A DNA stretch of 64,000 nt from Lepidodermella squamata (lineage: Eukaryota > Animalia > Gastrotricha), in assembly GCA_047495785.1 (NCBI GenBank), contig JBLDXI010000045.1:186001-250000 (forward strand), in the 5' to 3' direction. Of the stretch, positions 38,211 to 49,168 are shown one piece after another. A program made the position numbers and the translations under genes. Numbering within the stretch: position 1 is the stretch's first letter; every line of letters starts with the position of its first letter. The notes under the pieces are model-generated. The model searched no databases. It was given only the letters and a program-made list of their open reading frames with translations, and was not told where the DNA came from.

Positions 38211-39489
38211 AATACGAAGCATATACATGGGGCATATACATACTGAATTTAATGGCACAAAATACATAATTCAAAGCCATTGTCGAAATCATTCTCGATA
38301 ATAGGAAGTAACAAAAATTGACCAATAAGCAACAATAATTTTTTTATTTTGTCAAAAGCCAGATGATTCATTTACGGGCCAAGTTCACACTGAGACATGA
38401 GATCGCTTCTTATCTTAGATGGAGGAGCGGCCAAGTTACTCACAATTCACACCACGGTATGTTGAAAGTTCCCTTATGTTTTACAATGGAAAAGGAAAAT
38501 AACAATGATGAAATGAAAAGCAATGATGGAATGAAATTAACAAAAAATGAAAATTATTTTTAATTTATGCGAAACGAACGCACCGGATCAGTTCGATCTA
38601 GCCGACGCGGTCAAGCGTGGCAAGTACGAGCCATGCGTGCCCTACTACCTTGAAGTCTATAAATTGAAAAATCTAACTATCAGTGGTATTTATATCGGTG
38701 CTCGGTGCCCGCGGAACCATCACGCGAGGCGTTGTTGATCATTTTTCTAAACCGGGCCTACCTAAATCTTTACTTTGTGATATTGTTCTGTCGGTAATTA
38801 GGGACAACAAAGTGATTGTCCAGCGGCACCTATACAGCTAGATGTCCTACTTGTTGTGTTTTTTCCTAAATTCTGCTATTGTTGTAAACAAAAACAAAAA
38901 CTAGATACTCGCTACCTGCAACCCTTCGTTTTTTATAAAATAAAATGATCATTGTTGTGTTGTAAGAGAATCGCCTTTTGTAATGCGCGCGCGGTAAAGA
39001 AGCACTAAGCATGGGCGCCCTTGAAGCAATCTTTTACCGCAACGGCAAGTGGTGGTCATGATGATGAGCTATTTACGAGGATGCGCACTTACATTTGGAG
39101 CAACGCGTTTGAAGCAAATATAGTTAATACCGCACTGCACGAAAATAACGTCAACCTTAAATAAATTTCAGGGTAGGGGTATTTCAATTTTGGGACCTTT
39201 CTTTCTTAAAGTTTCTCGTCAAGCCCGCTTTCCATTGACGCAATGCTTGGTCGAGCATTTGAACTGTAATAAATAACACGGCTTTTAACTCGGGTAGTAC
39301 GGTATCTTGTTGAACATTTTATTTTTATTTGACTGCACTTGCTTATTGCCGTTGGTCAAGTATTATTTCCAAGGTCAAAGCTGTTCCTTTAACCAATGAA
39401 CCCAGAGTGCAGCCAAGGCTATAAATACCTGTTTCACCACCGAGTAACTTTATTCACAAAACATTCGTAAGCTTGCTAACTTGCTCAAA

Positions 39490-39757
39490 ATGTCTCTTGG
39501 AGCATCGAAGGTTATCATGGCGGCCGTTCTTTTAGCTTGCATCTTGTTCGCTTTCATGGCAGAGCCCGCATCAGCCCAAGCGTGTTCAAAACTGTTTGGG
39601 CGTTGCGGGAAAGGCTATCCTCCATGCTGTGGCAGCAGCATGTAAGTTTTTTTCATCTCACCTGTCTCTTCTGTAATTTGCACCCGTCTTTATCAGGGAA
39701 TGTATGTGTGCTGAAACTGCCGATGATTGCTCTTGCAACTTGAGCTACATAAACTAG
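39490..39757 (+). CDS. Knottin 3: secreted 8-Cys agatoxin-like peptide with N-terminal Gln
   Basis: Exons 39490-39641 and 39697-39757: MSLGASKVIMAAVLLACILFAFMAEPASA-QACSKLFGRCGKGYPPCCGSSMECMCAETADDCSCNLSYIN*. TATA at about 39417. Confidence 0.9.
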
Positions 39758-40420
39758 TTTTGACCTATGTTAGCCCATACGTCAAGACCTGCCGACTCAC
39801 GTCAACAAAACACTTTATCTTACTCAAATTGCTTTGTCGTGCTACAGTTATGGATTGTTAGTTGAACCTTGAGCAATTCTTCAATTCGTTATATTTTTCG
39901 CCGAGTTGATCAGTAAAATCGAGCAATAAATGGTTACAGCTAACGAGCTACCTATATGTGCGATTGATTGTGGCAAAGGGCAAGGGTAACCTTGGACACT
40001 TTGGACACGACTTCACAGGGATTTTCCAAGCGAGGCAAACAAAAATATAAAATATTTTTCCAAATTTCGACTGGTGATTGTACTCGTGCAGCAAATTTTG
40101 GGACAAATTTACTTCCAAGGTTTTATTGAATGCTTTTCCTAACAAATTGCCGCACAAATCTCAAGGATCTTTTACTTCACCGAACTCTCGGCTTCATATT
40201 CATAATCCACATTGTAAAAAACCTGGGGTGAACCCGAAGGACGGGATCGAAGACTAAGAACTGGTCTTAAATATGCCGCACATATGCCGCACTTTTTTAA
40301 TTGATGCTTTAACCTCTTCGAATCTCTTTTAAAAAATTGAAAAATCACATGGATGTTAGCAATATTATATAGCAAAGCGCAAAATATTCGGTCAAATTCT
40401 GGCGAATATTCGTTGTCGTG

Positions 40421-40918
40421 CTATTCATCTTTTTTCGACGAAACAACTGGGGTTCTGATGATTTCTCTAGCTTGTTGAAATAGCCGAATTGCTAGCAGAG
40501 AATGGACGACTATGTCAAAAGATGTTCCGGCAGTGTTGATTACAAACATTGCTACCCCGTCCAAGGCTAAGCGTTCAGCAAAATTAGGCTGTGCCGACCA
40601 CTGTTTGATTGAATCCACATAGAAAGTTGAACTTTCCTTAGGCCAGAATGCGATGTAATAAAAATGCAAAAGGAAATGACCAGCGACCATCAACGTTAGC
40701 ACGTCCAACAGTCCCCATCGTCGAGATTTCGCTGTAGAAGCGTAGAGAGAGTAGCTCATTAGAGCTGATGCCATATCAAGCACAAAGTACCAACGCCGAC
40801 TTTCCATTTCTTCCAGCGAGTAGGTCCAGCCTTCTATCCCGAACATCACGCTAAGGTGCAGCACTGCGTGGGTAATCTCGGACATCGCCATCACAGCGAA
40901 TGGTAAAATTTGCAACAT
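40421..40918 (-). CDS. Uncharacterised membrane protein (about 4 TM) with intramembrane His/Asp/Glu, intronless
   Basis: 165-aa ORF in AAAAATG context, preceded by a TTTTAG acceptor. Hydrophobic segments carry EITHAVLH, FVLD, GHFLLH and FDIVVH. Confidence 0.7.
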   Translation of the reverse strand: MLQILPFAVMAMSEITHAVLHLSVMFGIEGWTYSLEEMESRRWYFVLDMASALMSYSLYASTAKSRRWGLLDVLTLMVAGHFLLHFYYIAFWPKESSTFYVDSIKQWSAQPNFAERLALDGVAMFVINTAGTSFDIVVHSLLAIRLFQQAREIIRTPVVSSKKDE

Positions 40919-43390
40919 TTTTAACAGACTCTAAAATAACATAAAATCAATGATTTTTAGGAATATGCATCGTTTTCACGCGACGTTTCGGAGGATTTCG
41001 GGGACCCTAATTAACGCCGTAAATTTGAAGCGCTGCCAAAAAATATTTATATTGCGCATCTGGGAAATTTTAAATCAAATGAACTCAAATTTTATTCATG
41101 TTTAAACTGGCAAGCTTTAGGCATATCAAATATGTATTGACATTCCAGTGGGGTCAAAGGCCTCGGGAGTACACGCACTCATCAAACTATGCTCATCCTC
41201 TAATTGTCTGGTTTGGCACCTTTTATCCCGGATATAATGCTAATTTTATCTAATATACGGACTTTTTTAAAGGGTGTGGCTGAGCGTAACGCACAGATAA
41301 TACTGCTTTATAGGGTTAAAAATGACATCATTAAACAACTGCGCAGTCTAATCTAACAAATACTCGTTTTATCGCGCAAGATATTCTGAGCATTTTGTGG
41401 TATTGCTCTGACCTTAGCGACCGACAAATTTTGTGATAGGGGCAAAGTTTGCGTGAGGTACAGAGAAGGTAGGGCACATATAAAAGTACCTGCATTTTTC
41501 CCACGAACCTTTAATAATCGCATGCCAAAGGGGTATTGTGAAAGAACTCAGTGGTTATTTTTGATAATCATAGTTATCAGGCGAAGGCACGTGCTATAAT
41601 ACCGTGACTTATAGGCCAAACATTTCATTTTGGAATGTGATGAGAATTTCCTGCTAGTTTGGAACGAATCAAGTGTAAAACAACCTGAGAGTATTGCTTT
41701 GATTTGCACAACTATGAATTAAAGCACATTCAAGAAAAGCAGCATCATCCGATCAGCCAAAAATTATATCATTAGAAAGAGCTAATCAAAGAGATCTCGG
41801 AAATAACTTACCTGAGATCTCCTAAGGTGTTGGATTGATTTTAGTAAGCTGATAAGCCATTCTTTTATTTAGCTATTTTTTAGTATATCGATAAACATTT
41901 GGTTTAACAGTTTAAAATTCGCTTGGTTCCGTATTCCTTAGGTGGACTATTTACTTAGGAAATAAAAATAGTTTCAAAAGCGTTATTATTTTGAGCATTA
42001 GGAAAATGCCTCCAAAATGATAAGCAATAACGTTGGTCCTATGGCTTTGAAATGTTGAATAGTTAGTAGATAGCGAAGATCCGTGAACAATCTCAATCAA
42101 CTCGAGAACTCATCATGTCGAGACTGACTATCCACTTTTAAGGCCTGTAAACCGCAATGATAAACCAGACGGAAGCTATTAATAAAAAACATATTAGGCA
42201 TAGTCAGCTTTTTTTCAATGTGCTATAGCGTATAAGCTTTTTTATAAGGATTTTTTCATGCTAGCACCCACTCGACCCCGCTTTGCCGTGATAACGAAAG
42301 GTGTGTTATTACGACCGGCAGCCATTTTTTGCGATCGGAATTTGACGCACACCGGCGTGGTGCTGTTTCTGCATATAGGTGTGTATACTGTGAAAAAACT
42401 GCGAACCATGCTTAACCTATCCGCACGGACTGTGTAAAGCATGATTACGTTTTTTTAGGTTGTATATATTTCTAATATTAGCGCTGCAACCGTTTAAGAC
42501 AAACGAGGGATTCAACAATAGTCAGTCGTCAAGATGCCATAAACAAATTATGATTACAAGAATTGGGTCGCACCATTGAGCTATAGTTTAAGATGGGTCG
42601 CACTTTGACTTGAGAGTACATATGCAGTTGCCCAGTCCTTTCCTGTCACTGAAAAAGTCATCGAAGTTTTAAGGAAATTTAAAAATTCGTCATAAATTCA
42701 TTTGCAATGTTTAAGCAAACTTTCTCGGAAGATACCCCATTCTTTCCTTTTATTTCTTCTAAAAATTCCCCTTCTGTCGGCCTGTATGGCATCGGCCTAT
42801 GTCATAGTTTGAGCTAGGAAAAAAGTATAATTAATCGAACTAGAGAGCCCGAACAGGCACTTTGAAGGGGTCTGTAGGCTTCCTCAGAATCCAGGTCATA
42901 CCCGCAATTGAAGTGCCATCTCAGCCACACAGATTCTCTACCTGTTACAAACCCTGCGTTTTTTACTTGGCAAAATGCCTGAATTAATCAGTAGGCTTCA
43001 AGTTGCTTCTCGTTTCTCATCCGTCTAAACGTGTTCAATCAATGCGAACCATGCGAAACAAAAACCAATAAATCGCGAATAAATAAGCCGTTTCGAGGAA
43101 CAAAAATATCCAGTTGACAAAGGGGTGTCGCCGCCTTTCATAGCCGCAGGGCGTAAGATTCGATTTACCGCTGCTGCATAATTTATCATCTGGCACCTTG
43201 CTTGGTAGCCCGGGCGACAAGCATTCTTTTACTATCCCAAGGTATGGATTTATCGCCATAGCCCAGCACAGGCTCGCGTGTTTTTTCTACGACGTAGGTG
43301 CGGGTTTTGCATTATTGTCATATTAACCTTTCTTGTTAGCCTGGAGAGGAAAAACCACCATAGGATTATTTTTTTTACCCGACCTCTATA

Positions 43391-44607
43391 ATGGATGCAC
43401 CTGAGGTGAGAGCGCCTGCGTCGTCGCCAGTGCCAGACGACGACGACATTGCGTATTTGGCTGCGGTTGCCATGGGCTTAGGCTCAGACATGGAAGACGA
43501 CGCCTCTACTTTAATGATGAGTGTGGCAGATACCTTCGACATTGAGAAGTCAATGACGGACCGAAGCTCTAACGACGCTGGTCTAGGCTTATCTGCCTCA
43601 GAGCTGGCGTTGCATAGATGGCTCATGTTTTCGAATTCACCGAGGATTCAGGAAGCGATGAACAACACGAGCAAGGAGTTCAAGGTGATCAGAGATCAGG
43701 TTAGGGAAATGCGGTTTTTCCTTTGCGGTTTCAGTTCAAATCTCATTTTTATAGATCATGGAAGAGATTGAATGGCAGCGACAGGGCTTGCTGAAAGATG
43801 GTGAGCACAGCCATGAAGATGAGCTGAAAAAACTACGGCTTCAAATGGCGGCGAAAAGAGGCTGGGAAGCAATAAGAGCCTACATAAAGGTCAGTCTAAT
43901 AATTCCATCATTTAGAATTAATGAATTGGTTTTGCAGAGGAAGCAAGAGGACCGCCAACATCAGCAAGCTCAACTACAATGGAAGCAGATGTTCAAGGTT
44001 GCACGTGAAGCCGCCGCAATCACAGATCGAACAAGACTGGATTTGTATGAGCGCTACGGCTTTTTGGGATGGGGAAAGCGTTCAGTTCCGCCTTATAACC
44101 CCATGTTTCCCGATAAGAACGTGAAAATCGCGAAGGAGAGAGCGATGAGGCTTCATCTCATGGCCATCGAACAGGAGGTCAGTCGCGCGAAGTTCAATGC
44201 TTTTTAAGTCACTTTTATCTCTTCATTAGGTCCAAGAAAATTTCGAAAAGGTACAAGAGGTACAGCAGCGGAAGAATGAGCGCATACAGCAGAATTCCTC
44301 GCGTTCAAAGCTAGGAACTTTCAAGCTGAACGGCAACAGGCTTGAAGATCCTTCTGCTGGTGTCAATATGTCTCACATTCTCCCTCACATTTTAATCTCT
44401 GAACAAACTAGTTACACCACGAGGGCTGTGACAATGCTGAACTTACAGTCAGACTCGTTTACTGATCGCAGGTTGAGTCGTGAGCTCACGGCGTCGTCTC
44501 CTCCCGCTCGAGCGATGTCAAAGAATAGTGCTCGGGCGCCTACTTCGAAACAAGTTCGGATTGTTGATGGAAGGCCACATACTCACAGACCTCAGACTAC
44601 ATCGTAA
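43391..44607 (+). CDS. Uncharacterised multi-exon protein with charged helical/coiled-coil region
   Basis: Exons 43391-43699, 43755-43889, 43938-44177 and 44230 onward join by phase-0 GT-AG introns of about 50 nt, keeping one open frame to 44607. Confidence 0.7.
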
Positions 44608-44784
44608 GATACCACTGGAAAACTTCTTTTGGGTCAACGGTAGGGGTGCTACATGTGGAAGCTGCTTGCCTAACTCAGATAAATCTGCAAGAGCTGTTTT
44701 CCTTCTGTTGTGATATTTACATTAATTTTATTTACATTAATAGTTAACCGGTTTTACAACTAAATTATATCAGTAAAATAATTA

Positions 44785-46866
44785 TTAGGAATCAGGTGTT
44801 GATGATTGAAGTCTTCTTTTCAGCTCGTTTCTGGCATGAGTAATAGTTGCAATGCAAGTCGTGGAGAGGCCGTATATCAGTAGACCTGTAGACATTATTG
44901 GAAGCCGGATGTTTAAATTGTCATTCGGCGATAATGCCACCGCAACAGCAACAACTGCAACGAATGCACTTCCATTTATTGATAAAATCAAAGTCCTGTT
45001 GTTCTCCGGCAACCAGGAGCCTGTGTTCTTAGATGCTCGCCAAGTGTCGATGCAAAGGAACGTTGTTATGGTTAGGATTAGGATGTGAAATGACAAAATT
45101 GCCGCGACCCAATAGCTCAGATAAGTAGAATCGCAATGGTTTTGGTATACGAAGGAATCAGGGTTCAATCTTGTATAAACGAATTTCTCACTGAAAGGAT
45201 CCACCACACTAAGCCAAGGAGCGATTATGGCAGCGTCGAGCAGTAGCAGGGAGGCAACACAAGTCAGAAGAAAGCAGAAGTCGACCTTGAAATCAGTGTC
45301 ATCTATAGCTCCCGAGTCGACAGAGACTTCGTCGTATTCCTGAAGGCCCTGCCGAACAGTTTTCATCAAATTTCTCCACGTCAAACGCCGGATTTTCTGT
45401 TGATGCAAGCGGATTTTGATCGTAACTGCGCGTGAGAAAATCACACCAGTTATGATAGAAACTCCAGCGAAGGAACCGAGGATCCTTGTGTAACAGGCAA
45501 GCGTGCTCACTTGATTCCTGGTTGTGGTTGCGAACAGAACTGCAGCTCCATTGCAGACAATGGCTCCTCCAGATAAAGCGACGTTGCCGAGTTTTATGGC
45601 CCATGTATATTCCTTGCAGACAGGCTTGAGCACAGAGATTAATGCAAGAGCTGCCTCTACTACAGAGAAGATTATAGTGAACCATCTGAAAGGTTGAAAT
45701 TGTTCGTTTGGTGTCACGACCAGTATGAGGTTTGGTTGATCGGACGGCAGGGTTCCCAGTGCGGATTCATACCAACGCATCGATATGAGATTTGCGATTG
45801 AGTAAGCTGAGTCGTTTCCCTGGAGACTAATCTGGTCGAGCCCAGTTATTAAATGAGTCGGGCTGAAGCTCCCTTCAATAAACTGAGCAACCATTGCAGC
45901 CTTGTTCATCTCGTCCACGAAAGCTCCACCATTAGGTGAAGTCCAATGGTAGATTTGAGCTATAGCGTTTTGCATCGCCTTGTAACAGGCAATCCTTCCA
46001 TCGCCTCTTGGAAATTCCTCCTCTAGCTTCTGAGGATCCTCTCTAGCTGATGAATCCAAGTTGCTAAGATCATTATCGGAAACTCTGAGCCAGATTGCCG
46101 ATGCGATTTGTTCGTTAAGGATTCTAGCGGAACAATCACCCTGTTTGATGATTTCGGATAAGGGTGAGAGGGGTTCGAATGTCGTGACCAGAAACATGAA
46201 TCTACTGCCACGAATTCCCGAATGGAAAGCCTGGCATAAGAAGCGCTCAATCAAAGCCTGTTGGCTGATCTCTATAACGAAAAGTCTCGCGTCAACAGAC
46301 AGCAAGTTTGACATCATATTGTACGACGGGATGTTTGATGTGACAGCTTCGAACGCTAGGATGCTTACATTGCTTTGTTGAAAAAGGGTTTGAAGCATTA
46401 TCGCTCGTAATAGGTTTCCTTGATCCTCGAAGTTGGTAACAATTGCAACTTTCATCCATTTGGCGATATCTTTGACAAATGCTACCTTCGAAATTAGCAG
46501 CGACCTGTAATCATCTCGTAAGATCGGGAATGTCGAGTAAGAAAGTGAGTGTGCTAGTGTCTTGACAGCGCGGGGCAGTGTTCCGACGACAATTTTCGGC
46601 GATGTTGTTGCTTCCGAGATTTGTAGGAGACGGCGGACGATATTTTCCGGTCTTTCGTCAGCGTAAATAAGATTCACTGTGTAGTCCCCCGATTGCCAAT
46701 CGATGGACTCTACTGCTTCCTGCATCGCTGCTCTGCACGATATTCCAGAAAGAGATTCACTGTCGTATAAACCAAGCAGGGTTACATTGCTGGGGATGAT
46801 TTCCAGCGATGCTCCCCACGCTAGGTGCAAGATGAAGACTTGCAGGATAAAACTGAACAAAAACAT
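44785..46866 (-). CDS. Class C GPCR, GABA-B-receptor-like orphan, intronless
   Basis: Signal peptide, periplasmic-binding-like ectodomain (DARLFVI..FLCQAFHSGIRGSRFMFL), no cysteine-rich linker, 7 TM segments with GABA-B-like CYTRI..GVSIITGVIFSR, PWLSVVDP, HCDSTYLSYW and ENNR. Confidence 0.8.
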   Translation of the reverse strand: MFLFSFILQVFILHLAWGASLEIIPSNVTLLGLYDSESLSGISCRAAMQEAVESIDWQSGDYTVNLIYADERPENIVRRLLQISEATTSPKIVVGTLPRAVKTLAHSLSYSTFPILRDDYRSLLISKVAFVKDIAKWMKVAIVTNFEDQGNLLRAIMLQTLFQQSNVSILAFEAVTSNIPSYNMMSNLLSVDARLFVIEISQQALIERFLCQAFHSGIRGSRFMFLVTTFEPLSPLSEIIKQGDCSARILNEQIASAIWLRVSDNDLSNLDSSAREDPQKLEEEFPRGDGRIACYKAMQNAIAQIYHWTSPNGGAFVDEMNKAAMVAQFIEGSFSPTHLITGLDQISLQGNDSAYSIANLISMRWYESALGTLPSDQPNLILVVTPNEQFQPFRWFTIIFSVVEAALALISVLKPVCKEYTWAIKLGNVALSGGAIVCNGAAVLFATTTRNQVSTLACYTRILGSFAGVSIITGVIFSRAVTIKIRLHQQKIRRLTWRNLMKTVRQGLQEYDEVSVDSGAIDDTDFKVDFCFLLTCVASLLLLDAAIIAPWLSVVDPFSEKFVYTRLNPDSFVYQNHCDSTYLSYWVAAILSFHILILTITTFLCIDTWRASKNTGSWLPENNRTLILSINGSAFVAVVAVAVALSPNDNLNIRLPIMSTGLLIYGLSTTCIATITHARNELKRRLQSSTPDS

Positions 46867-47110
46867 TCACCTGTACGTTATAGATAATAAATCGCACTTG
46901 TGATCATCAACTAATGATTATGAGATGATACCCGTGTTTTGTCTTCAGTCTTCAATCATTCTTAATTGAATTTGACATGACAGATTACTCAATTTCAGCA
47001 AAATCAAAGACAACGTCATACTAAACCAGATCGAAGATGTCAAGTTTTATTACGTATCGATAACATGAAAACAGAATAGTATAATGCATCAGACCTTTTC
47101 AAAATTACAT

Positions 47111-48241
47111 TCATGGTACCATTTTCTCTGCAAGGTAGTCGAGCAGCTCTGATTTCGTAGCCTTGCTAACTTTCTTCCCGTCCTGAAGTGCGTAGTCGAA
47201 TGCATAACGTCCAGATTTGTCTTTGCGGTTTGGATCAGCACCTGCCTGCTCTATCAGGTACTTAACCACATTTATCCGACCCCCCTCAGCAGCAAACATC
47301 AGAGCATCCCGTCCGGTGTTGTATTCAGCTTGACTTGCATTAACACCAGCGAAATGAATCAGCCATCTGACTACATCAACATGGCCATTACGAGCTGCCC
47401 TGAAAAGTGGCTCACAGACATTGTGAACGTCGTAGAGTTTTGCGTTGAATTCTTGTACAAGCATAGCGACAATATCGACATGTCCGTAGGACGCTGCCTT
47501 ACATAAAGCATCCTCCTTCTCGAAATCAACCTTGAACTCGGTGATTAAGGCCCGGCAAACATCGGCGTGGCCTTTGATTAGAACGCAATCCATAGGCTCG
47601 TAGAAGTCGAATTTTCGGTCGATTGCTAGCGCTCGCAAAGTAGCTACATCTCCCCGGCAACATGCATCGTGAATCTGCTCCTGGACCCTTCTACGGCCGA
47701 TTCTTCCTGTTCCTATGGTATCTTGAGTTGCGCTGAACGCAAGCAGATCAGCTGGAAATGGCACCTGGCCCCAGTAGCTACCAGGCGTTGACACAGCGTA
47801 GTTACTAGAATCGGCTGTGACTGCCATTTCGTTAAACGCCCGTTGAAGGTCGAATTCGGGGTTGTAAGGAGGTGGAGGGTAGGCGGGTGCAGCATCCCCA
47901 GAGGCCTGTAGAGGGTACGGGGGCGGAGCTAGTGGGTAAGGCACTGTTGAAGGCGAGTCTGATCGAGATAGATCTTCCAGAGGGTTCAAGGAGTAGGACG
48001 GAGGTTTCGCAGATGAGTCAGCAGTTGGCTGATTCTCTGCAGGATAAGGCAACGTTGGCGTAGGCGTATAGTTGTAGCCATGCAGTGGGGTAAGGGTGTA
48101 ATTCGCAGGTGCTGCTGTGATACTAGCCTTTGCCGAGCATAGTTTAGCGTGCGAGTGGACATGACTGCCTTTGCCCGAATGGTACCCACCGCCGCCTCCT
48201 CTCATGCCAATGCTGGCCGCCGCTGCCATTCCGCCGAGCAT
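47111..48241 (-). CDS. Ankyrin-repeat protein with Pro/Tyr-rich N-terminal half
   Basis: Repeats ALCKAASYGHVDIVAMLV, PLFRAARNGHVDVVRWLI, ALMFAAEGGRINVVKYLIEQAGADPN; N-terminal PPSY, PPPY, PPPPY. Confidence 0.88.
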   Translation of the reverse strand: MLGGMAAAASIGMRGGGGGYHSGKGSHVHSHAKLCSAKASITAAPANYTLTPLHGYNYTPTPTLPYPAENQPTADSSAKPPSYSLNPLEDLSRSDSPSTVPYPLAPPPYPLQASGDAAPAYPPPPYNPEFDLQRAFNEMAVTADSSNYAVSTPGSYWGQVPFPADLLAFSATQDTIGTGRIGRRRVQEQIHDACCRGDVATLRALAIDRKFDFYEPMDCVLIKGHADVCRALITEFKVDFEKEDALCKAASYGHVDIVAMLVQEFNAKLYDVHNVCEPLFRAARNGHVDVVRWLIHFAGVNASQAEYNTGRDALMFAAEGGRINVVKYLIEQAGADPNRKDKSGRYAFDYALQDGKKVSKATKSELLDYLAEKMVP

Positions 48242-48700
48242 TTTCGCGTTCTTTTATTTCGTGAAAAAGGATTGTGCACGAATAATGGTTGGGGGGTCGA
48301 AAACAGGGGGCGCCTGATATTGATTGCGTAAACTTTGTGTGCGTCGTTTTTTTACATGTGTGTTGTAACGCGCAAGTTTCATTGATTCTGCCACACGTTT
48401 TTCATCGATTTTGGAAGGATGGACGGCACAGGAAGGGCAAACTTTGTATTAATAATCAGCGTAGGCACGTGAGTCATCCCCATGTGACAAGTGTGTAAAC
48501 TTCTGGCACAAAACACGAAACGTCGCCCAGGGTTCATCCTGTGGTGCTAAAAATGCGGATTGATTATCGATAAATCGAGGATGTTAAAATCATGTTTTCG
48601 ATCAAAATCTGCACTAAAGCGGCGTGTAAACAAATCCCTGTTGTGCTTTTACATTAATTTTATTAAAAATAGCACAGAATTTAGTACAGGCCCTTCTGAT

Positions 48701-49168
48701 GAGTAGTAAGGCTTCTTCTCTCATTCGGTAATTCCGATAATCCCGTTCGGGATTTTTCGGTATTTATTCGAATTTTCGGAGTTAGCGATTCGATAATCAG
48801 GAACCTTCCTTTCTTTCAATGTCAGGATTCCCAATATTCCCATTCGGGCTTTTCAAATTCGATTATCAGGAACCGGCATTGAGGACAGTGGTACTTCACA
48901 TCCGAAAAAATCGAAACAATGACACCGAAAAACCAAAAAAATTTAACTGAAATTTTGATTTTTATTAATCTTTCTCGCACAATATATTATTCAAGTGAAC
49001 GTGAATAAAATATAATAAAACATTCCAAATAAACCGAAAAAACCCGAATGGGATTCCCGATCGAAGGAATCACGGTAACAAGAATAGAAAAATCCGAAAA
49101 ATTGCAAAAGAAATTACGAAAATAGCCGAATGGTATTACCGAACGGGAGTAAAGGCCTTATACTACCC
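48701..49168. mobile_element. MITE with imperfect TIRs and internal ccga/tcgg subrepeats
   Basis: Left gagtagtaaggcttcttctctcattcggtaat versus right attaccgaacgggagtaaaggccttatactaccc (reverse-complement match); subterminal cccgttcgg / cccgaatggg repeats. Confidence 0.65.
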
